Origin: Gammaproteobacteria bacterium | Lineage (GTDB): Bacteria; Pseudomonadota; Gammaproteobacteria; Eutrophobiales; Eutrophobiaceae | Length of the DNA: 64,000 nucleotides | Direction of reading: 5' to 3' | Assembly (NCBI GenBank): GCA_965221695.1 | Contig: OZ244905.1 | Span: 1,856,001-1,920,000 of the forward strand | Part shown: positions 58,149-64,000 of the stretch, in pieces | How the letters are laid out: each line of letters opens with the position of its first letter | Position numbering within the stretch: position 1 is the stretch's first letter | Position numbers and translations under genes: made by a program | The notes under the pieces: generated by a model | Told to the model about the DNA's origin: nothing | The model's input: the letters and a program-made list of their open reading frames with translations, nothing else | The model's database searches: none

Positions 58149-59344
58149 TTACTGGATTCCTGCGTTCCCGGGGAATGGGTATGGGGGATTACACCGGCAT
58201 CGCCCAGTTCGCTGATGCGTTCCTCACTGAAGCCCCAGTCCTGCAATATCTCCACGGTGTGCTGGCCCGTTTCGGGCGGCGGCGACTGTATCGCCGCTGG
58301 GGTCCGGCTGAACCGGGGCGCGGGCGCCGGCTGGCTTATTCCATCAATGCTGACATAGGCGTTCCTGGCCAGCGCGTGAGGATGTTGTGCCGCTTCCGTC
58401 AGGCTCAGCGCCGGCGCGAAGCAGGCATCGGAACCTTCGAAGATTTCACACCATTCATCCCGTGTTTTTGTCAGGAATATCTGCTGAAACCGAGCGGCAA
58501 ATTCCGGCCAGCGTTCCCGGTTGTGCTGCTGCGCGCGCAGGTCCGGGTCGCTGATTTTAAGCCGGTCCAGTAGCTCACTGTAGAACCGTTCTTCCAGCGG
58601 CGCAATGACTATGTATTGATCATCTTTTGTCCGGTAGGTGTTCACAAAATGGGCGCCGCCATCGAGGATATTGCCGCCGCGTTGTTCTTTCCAGATTCCA
58701 GCCGCCAGCAGCCCGTAAAACACCGTCATCATGGACGCTGCGCCATCGACCATCGCCGCATCCACGACCTGCCCCTTGCCTGATTTTGCCGCCTCCAGCA
58801 TGGCCGCCAACAGCCCCATCGCGAGATACAACGCGCCGCCGCCGAAATCGCCAATCAGGTTCAGCGGATAGGTCGGCGCTTCATCCTTTTTGCCGATACA
58901 GGCCAGCACGCCGGCGATGCCGATGTAGTTGGGATCGTGCCCGGCACGCTCGGCCAGCGGGCCCTCCTGGCCCCAGCCGGTCATGCGGCCGTAAACCAGT
59001 CTCTCGTTGCGCCGCATACACTCCTGCGGTCCCAGTCCCAGGCGTTCCATGACCCCGGGTCGGAACCCCTCGAACAGCGCATCGGCGCCGGCGCAGAGTT
59101 GAAGCACAACTTCCCTGCCCTGCGCTTGTTTTAAATCTATCGCAATAGAGCGCCGGCTCCGGTTCATCAGTCCGTACTTGCCGGGCATGGAAACGCCCAG
59201 TTCCACCTTGCTCAGGCGTTCGACTCGCACAATTTCCGCGCCCATGTCGGCCAGCAGCATGCCGGTCAACTGTGTCGGCCCGACACCGGCAATCTCGATC
59301 AGCTTATATCCGGATAAAGGCCCTTGGGCTTTGCTCGCAGGCAT
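58145..59344 (-). CDS. CaiB/BaiF class III CoA-transferase family protein, alpha-methylacyl-CoA racemase-like
   Basis: EGFRPGVMERLGLGP, GRMTGWGQ, AGHDPNY, IGDFGGG, QPAPAPRFSRT. Confidence 0.9.
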   Translation of the reverse strand: MPASKAQGPLSGYKLIEIAGVGPTQLTGMLLADMGAEIVRVERLSKVELGVSMPGKYGLMNRSRRSIAIDLKQAQGREVVLQLCAGADALFEGFRPGVMERLGLGPQECMRRNERLVYGRMTGWGQEGPLAERAGHDPNYIGIAGVLACIGKKDEAPTYPLNLIGDFGGGALYLAMGLLAAMLEAAKSGKGQVVDAAMVDGAASMMTVFYGLLAAGIWKEQRGGNILDGGAHFVNTYRTKDDQYIVIAPLEERFYSELLDRLKISDPDLRAQQHNRERWPEFAARFQQIFLTKTRDEWCEIFEGSDACFAPALSLTEAAQHPHALARNAYVSIDGISQPAPAPRFSRTPAAIQSPPPETGQHTVEILQDWGFSEERISELGDAGVIPHTHSPGTQESSK

Positions 59345-59352
59345 CAGCGCAA

Positions 59353-59817
59353 CTACCAGTAGCGTAACAGGAAGGTGGCAACGGCAACCGGCTCATCCCG
59401 GCCGGCGACGTTGAAAGTGACATCATAATGCACGGTGATGGCCTCCTCTTTTTTCACCACCCTGGCGATGCGAGTGGTGGCGGTCAGGCGCGCGCCGGCC
59501 ACGATCGGCGCCAGCAGGCGGAACCGGTCCGCGCCGTAAAACAGCGCGTTGATCCTGCCATACTCGAATGATTGGAAGAACAGGGTGGGAAACAGCGCGG
59601 GCAACATGAACAAAGGCGCAATCACGCCACCGAACCGCTCGTTGCAACGATCCTCATCCCAGTGCACCCATTCCCGGTTATCGATGGCCGCGCAAAACGC
59701 CTGGATTCTGTCCTTATCGACCTCGAAGGGCGAGGAGGTTGCGATAACCTCTCCCTCACGATCCATAAACCACTGAATATCATTGATAATCGTTTTTTTC
59801 GGCATGATTGTTGTCAT
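59353..59817 (-). CDS. MaoC family dehydratase (NodN-like)
   Basis: IQAFCAAIDNREWVHWD, FGGVIAP, YGADRFRLLAP. Confidence 0.82.
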   Translation of the reverse strand: MTTIMPKKTIINDIQWFMDREGEVIATSSPFEVDKDRIQAFCAAIDNREWVHWDEDRCNERFGGVIAPLFMLPALFPTLFFQSFEYGRINALFYGADRFRLLAPIVAGARLTATTRIARVVKKEEAITVHYDVTFNVAGRDEPVAVATFLLRYW

Positions 59818-59924
59818 TTAATGTAGTTTGACTGTTGGGGCGCAGCGCCATGAACGTTGCCAGTATAATGTTTGGCTGGAATTTATTCGCTATACTAATT
59901 CTAACACTACACAACACTCAGAAA

Positions 59925-60902
59925 ATGGCCAAGACTGCACAACTCAAGTCAAAAAACACCCGCCACAGCGAACAGGAACAGAACGCAATCGAGATGGCGA
60001 TACTGCAACGCATAGAAGCCGGTGAGATCTTCGAGGACATGGATGACCTCTCGCCCAAGTTCCGGGCCATATTGAAAATGACCGCCGACCTGGCCGCGGT
60101 GAGCGAAGTATCGGTGCTGACCTGGGCGTATACGGCTTACCGCACCGCGCCCGACATCGGCGCCAAGATTGCGGTATGCGCGACGATTCTTGACGAAGTG
60201 GGTCACGCCTACCACCAGGGCCTGCTGGCGGAACGTTTCGGGGTCGATATGCACCAGCGGGCCTTTGAAGATGATGTCGAAACCATCTGGACCTGGCCGA
60301 TCATGGAGGTGCCGCTACGGAATTATATCGAGTTCGTGGTCATGCAGGCGCTGCTGGATCGGGCCGGCCTGCACTGGACCAAGGACATCGAACTGCATTG
60401 CAGTTTTGCCCCTTACCGCAGGACCTTGAGAAAGGTCAATTTTGAGGAGGGGTTCCACATGCGCCATGGGGCTTTCTGGACCGAGTACTACTGGAACCAC
60501 TCGGAGGAGACGCGGGAATGGGTACAAAAAGCGGTGGACTGGCTGTTCCCGTTCGGGGTGATGTGGTTCGGCAAACCCGACGATCTCCGCAACCGGCCGG
60601 ACATGCTGAAATATCGCGTGCGCGGCTGGGGCAATGATTTCATGCGTGATAAATGGCTGCAGTCCGCCAGCGCTTTTTGTGACAAGCTGGGCATAAAGAT
60701 CCCGGCAAAATTCGACAAGGACAACAACAAATGGATCCTGGATATGCCGTACCCGATGTTGTACGACGCGGAGAACTATCAATGGTCCTGGGAACAGTGC
60801 TCCCAGAAGGAATACTGGTCCCACTCCCGCCGGGGCGGACCGATGCGTCCGGGCGCCTATGATCGGTTGCGCCGCGAGGAATGGGGGGAAGCCCTGTGGT
60901 AG
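59925..60902 (+). CDS. PaaA-like diiron ring-epoxidase catalytic subunit (divergent)
   Basis: Diiron ligand pattern SE...DEVGH...LD...EEGFH, plus AP, MWFG and C-terminal GGP landmarks of PaaA. Start placed at ATG 59925. Confidence 0.85.
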   Translation: MAKTAQLKSKNTRHSEQEQNAIEMAILQRIEAGEIFEDMDDLSPKFRAILKMTADLAAVSEVSVLTWAYTAYRTAPDIGAKIAVCATILDEVGHAYHQGLLAERFGVDMHQRAFEDDVETIWTWPIMEVPLRNYIEFVVMQALLDRAGLHWTKDIELHCSFAPYRRTLRKVNFEEGFHMRHGAFWTEYYWNHSEETREWVQKAVDWLFPFGVMWFGKPDDLRNRPDMLKYRVRGWGNDFMRDKWLQSASAFCDKLGIKIPAKFDKDNNKWILDMPYPMLYDAENYQWSWEQCSQKEYWSHSRRGGPMRPGAYDRLRREEWGEALW

Positions 60903-61213
60903 CCACCACAGAAGCGGTGCGCGCCGCCGCGGGTCGGGTACTCGACCCCCATATCAACGTCAACCTCAATGAGATGGGGATGGTCAGCGATATTTCCATC
61001 GGGAAACACGGGGATGTGGAAGTGTCGATAGTCTTTCCCTGCCTGGGTTGCCCCGCGTATACCATGTTGAAGGAACAGGTGCGCCAGCAGGTATCCAGAG
61101 TGGACGGCGTCAAATCCGTTCGGGTGAAAGCCGACTGGGAAGGTCGCTGGGACCGGTCGCAGATGTCAGCGCGCGCCAGGCAGTACGCGCAACAACACGG
61201 TTATCGTATCTGA
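60896..61213 (+). CDS. DUF59/PaaD N-terminal-like metal-sulfur cluster assembly protein
   Basis: VLDPHINVNLNEMGMV, PCLGCP, WDRSQMS; start GTG 60896 or ATG 60881. Confidence 0.82.
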   Translation: MVATTEAVRAAAGRVLDPHINVNLNEMGMVSDISIGKHGDVEVSIVFPCLGCPAYTMLKEQVRQQVSRVDGVKSVRVKADWEGRWDRSQMSARARQYAQQHGYRI

Positions 61214-61228
61214 CCAGGCGCTTTAATC

Positions 61229-61468
61229 ATGACCCAAGGCGCCGAACAAACCGGCAACAACGTGACGTTTGAAGTATTCGGACGCGATCAACTGGAACGG
61301 CCGCTGTCGCATATTGGCAGTATCCAGGCGCCGAATCAGGACCTCGCAGTAGCCCGCGCCCGTTTCATGTATTCCGAGCGCCAATGGGTCGAGCTGTGTG
61401 TCGCGCCCTCTGACTCATTCGTTGCCTGCCTGTCACCAGTCAGGCGCGGCAGCATCGGCATGGCCTGA
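61229..61468 (+). CDS. PaaB-like small subunit
   Basis: FEVFGR, HIGSIQAP, LAVARARFMY, LCVAP match the PaaB pattern. Confidence 0.78.
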   Translation: MTQGAEQTGNNVTFEVFGRDQLERPLSHIGSIQAPNQDLAVARARFMYSERQWVELCVAPSDSFVACLSPVRRGSIGMA

Positions 61469-61680
61469 TGCGCATGACAAACCCGGCAAACCGCCAGAAT
61501 GGCAACAACGGCGCCCCAACGGAGCAACCTGAGCGTAAAGTCTTGTGTCCATGGTGTGAATCGCCAAACACCCGGTTGGTCAGTCTTTACGGTCCCAGCG
61601 TCGCAGAGATGTTGTACCAATGCGAAGACTGCCAGGACAGCTTCGGCTGGTTGAAGTGGGAGCAGCGACTGCCAGAATAA
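61468..61680 (+). CDS. stand-alone PaaD C-terminal-like zinc ribbon
   Basis: CPWCESPNTRLVSLYG...YQCEDCQDSFGWLK. Confidence 0.78.
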   Translation: MRMTNPANRQNGNNGAPTEQPERKVLCPWCESPNTRLVSLYGPSVAEMLYQCEDCQDSFGWLKWEQRLPE

Positions 61681-61694
61681 CACGGCAACTGACA

Positions 61695-62576
61695 ATGCAA
61701 CTGAACGACAAGATAAAGCTCCTGTTGCAGGCGGAACTGTTATGCATCGCCGACAGCAACTGGATCCTGGGACACTGGTACATCAACTGCATGCTGAACG
61801 GCCGCGAGCTGACCGATTTTACGTCCATGGCCGGTATCGCCGAAGAGAAGCTGGGGCATACGCGGGCATTGTTCAGGTTTCTTGAAGAATATTACGATCT
61901 GCCCGAGTTCCAGCTTGAATTCGGCCGTGACGCTGATCAGGTCCACAGCCCGGAATTTCTCGACCTGCCCCCGGAAAACTGGGCCGACTTCATCACTACC
62001 CTGTTCCTGGCCGACCTCGCGTTATGGCGTTTTTCCGCGACTTTCATGGACGGTACTTTCACTCCCATTGCCAACCTCACCAGGCGCTTCGGCGAAGAAT
62101 GCTATTTTCACCAACTGTGTATCGACGGCTGGATGAAAAATTTTACCGCAGCCGAAAAAACCGAAGCGGGTCAATCTATGGTGAAACGCTTGCCCCAGGT
62201 ACTGGCCTGGTTCGGCTCCGAACCGCAATCCTCTGCCGATGTATTGGTTGAACAGGGTTTGCGAACGGAATCCACCTGGTCTGCCAGGTCGAAGTTGCTG
62301 GATGACATCACCGCAAAACTGGGCCCGCACACAGGGATATCAAGCGCACAGATCGACAGCATCGCCGCCCAAGCCTTGCCGGAAAACCGTGACCCCCTGC
62401 GCCGGCGCCAACAGGGCAGTAAAATCCCGGACAGGTTATGGGAGAGCGTGAACCCGACCAGTGAAGCGGCACAAATCGCCCGTCGCCCCCTGGCCGTCAG
62501 TGTGAGGGATAATATAGACCTGTTTCAGACAACAAAGAAAGACGACACCGAACCTGTGTTTGAAGCCAAGGGTTAA
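61695..62576 (+). CDS. PaaC-like structural subunit
   Basis: IADSNWILGH, EEKLGHTR, NWADFI, EECYFH; ExxH ligands degenerate. Start moved to ATG 61695. Confidence 0.8.
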   Translation: MQLNDKIKLLLQAELLCIADSNWILGHWYINCMLNGRELTDFTSMAGIAEEKLGHTRALFRFLEEYYDLPEFQLEFGRDADQVHSPEFLDLPPENWADFITTLFLADLALWRFSATFMDGTFTPIANLTRRFGEECYFHQLCIDGWMKNFTAAEKTEAGQSMVKRLPQVLAWFGSEPQSSADVLVEQGLRTESTWSARSKLLDDITAKLGPHTGISSAQIDSIAAQALPENRDPLRRRQQGSKIPDRLWESVNPTSEAAQIARRPLAVSVRDNIDLFQTTKKDDTEPVFEAKG

Positions 62577-62641
62577 ATTAAAAGGAGGCTGCCTGAAAAG
62601 CGGAAGTTCGGGCATCCCGCCTGCAAGTTCAAACACGATGT

Positions 62642-62956
62642 CTAATTGTCCGCGATGCGCAGAGTAATTCCATCCAACTCTTCAGTAACCCGTACCTGGC
62701 AGGCAAGGCGGCTGTTGCCGGCGCGCCCTGGTAATGCGCACAGCATGGCCTCCTCCAAATCCTCAATCGCCGGTATTCTGTCCAACCAGTCTGCTTCGAT
62801 ATAGGAATGGCAGGTGCCGCAGGCCGCGGCGCCGCCGCATTCCGCCAGCATCCCTTTGAGTTGGTGGTTGAAAGCTCCCTCCATCAGGGAATAACCGGCT
62901 TCAACCTCTATCTCTCGCCGGTTATTATCAGCGTCGATGTAAATTACAACAGGCAT
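62642..62956 (-). CDS. 2Fe-2S ferredoxin (putidaredoxin/adrenodoxin type)
   Basis: GYSLMEGA, ECGGAAACGTCH, SRLACQ; start at 62956 or 62992. Confidence 0.92.
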   Translation of the reverse strand: MPVVIYIDADNNRREIEVEAGYSLMEGAFNHQLKGMLAECGGAAACGTCHSYIEADWLDRIPAIEDLEEAMLCALPGRAGNSRLACQVRVTEELDGITLRIADN

Positions 62957-63080
62957 ATCGTTAAAGAAAATAATCAGGCCATTGACAGCCATGCTCCTCT
63001 TTCTATAGTAAACTAATTGCTTTGCCGGTTCCCTGATTTATGCAGCCGGATAGTTTTCGACCCCGTAGCGGACATACGGT

Positions 63081-64000
63081 ATGAACACAGAACATATATA
63101 TGAAGCCGGCCTGGGCAAAAACCAGGCCAATTATACGCCTTTGTCCCCGCTGACCTTCATTGAGCGCGCGGCTTCTGTTTATCCTGATTATACGTCCGTC
63201 GTGCATGGCGACCTGCGCTTCACCTGGGCCGAGACCTATACCCGCTGCCGTCGCCTGGCATCGGCCCTGCGCAACAGGGGCATAGGCAAAAACGATACGG
63301 TGTCGGTCATGCTGCCGAACATACCGGCCATGTACGAAGCCCATTTCGGCGTGGGCATGGCCGGCGCGGTGCTGAATGCACTCAACTACCGGCTGGACGC
63401 GGACGCGATCGCCTTCATGCTGGACCATGGCGAGGCCAGGGTATTGATTACCGACCGGGAGTTCTCCACCGTCATCAAGGAAGCCATCGCCAGAACAAAG
63501 TGCGACCTGATCGTGATCGATGTCGACGACCCCGCTTACGAGGGTGGCGAACTGCTCGGTGAAACCGACTACGAGTCCTTCCTGCAGGAGGGCAACCCGG
63601 AGTTTGACTGGAACCTGCCGGCGGACGAATGGGATGCGATCGCATTGTGTTACACCTCCGGCACCACGGGCAATCCCAAGGGGGTGGTGACCCATCATCG
63701 CGGCGCCTACCTGAACGCCATTTCCAACCTCATGGTGTGGGGGATGACCGGCCACCCCGTTTACCTGTGGACCCTGCCCATGTTCCACTGCAACGGCTGG
63801 TGTTTTCCCTGGGGCATCGCGGCCACGGCCGGCATCAACATCTGTCTCCGGTCAGTCCGGGCCGATGCCATTTTCTCCCTCATCAAGCAAGAACAAGTCG
63901 ATCACCTGTGCGGCGCCCCTATCGTGCTCAACCTGCTCGGCAACGCGCCCGCCGAATTGAAACAGGGAATAAACCACCAGGTGAAGGTGATGACCGCAGC
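63081..64000 (+). CDS. acyl-CoA synthetase (AMP-forming), 3' truncated by window edge
   Basis: Translated by hand: MNTEHIYEAGLGKNQANYTPLSPLTFIERAASVYP...YTSGTTGNPKGVVTHHRGAYL...TLPMFHCNGW. Absent from the ORF track because it has no stop in the window. Confidence 0.92.
   Translation, partial: MNTEHIYEAGLGKNQANYTPLSPLTFIERAASVYPDYTSVVHGDLRFTWAETYTRCRRLASALRNRGIGKNDTVSVMLPNIPAMYEAHFGVGMAGAVLNALNYRLDADAIAFMLDHGEARVLITDREFSTVIKEAIARTKCDLIVIDVDDPAYEGGELLGETDYESFLQEGNPEFDWNLPADEWDAIALCYTSGTTGNPKGVVTHHRGAYLNAISNLMVWGMTGHPVYLWTLPMFHCNGWCFPWGIAATAGINICLRSVRADAIFSLIKQEQVDHLCGAPIVLNLLGNAPAELKQGINHQVKVMTA

Noticed and set aside
58153-58178. REP-like palindrome GGATTCCTGCGTTCCCGGGGAATG in the 3' end of the CaiB-family gene
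   Set aside because: Short, imperfect and inside coding sequence; only one weakly similar site (~53347), too little to call a repeat family.
63003-63788. 261-aa minus-strand ORF
   Set aside because: Antisense shadow of the acyl-CoA synthetase starting at 63081.

Overview
Chromosomal segment of a bacterium, probably a gammaproteobacterium (inferred from TonB receptors, gluQ and the HigBA/HicAB types), densely packed with catabolic genes. Order: (i) end of a sulfotransferase, then a TonB receptor and a gamma-glutamylation (puu/pau-like) amine cluster in which the aminotransferase is reduced to a ~280-bp internally deleted remnant and a tungsten-type aldehyde oxidoreductase sits next to it; (ii) a two-gene type III-like restriction-modification locus (1033-aa Mod, 1043-aa Res); (iii) housekeeping and beta-oxidation genes (HhH-GPD glycosylase, gluQ, BisC-like molybdoenzyme, thiolase, SDR, crotonase, AraC regulator); (iv) a block of exported amidohydrolases, D-amino-acid dehydrogenases, fused indolepyruvate oxidoreductase, RidA and an alpha-hydroxy-acid oxidase; (v) a ~17-kb co-oriented run from a TonB receptor to an atypical Cys-less thiolase/DUF35/MaoC/MaoC module; (vi) a divergent, rearranged aryl-CoA epoxidase-like (paaA-D-B-Zn-C) operon with no paaE, next to a 2Fe-2S ferredoxin and an acyl-CoA synthetase. 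Four toxin-antitoxin loci (two intact, one with a nonsense-interrupted hicA, one orphan antitoxin) and five copies of an unannotated MITE-like element with IS5-like ends are scattered through it. No rRNA, tRNA, CRISPR array, integrase or transposase was recognised. All family calls come from motif recognition by eye; no database search was run.
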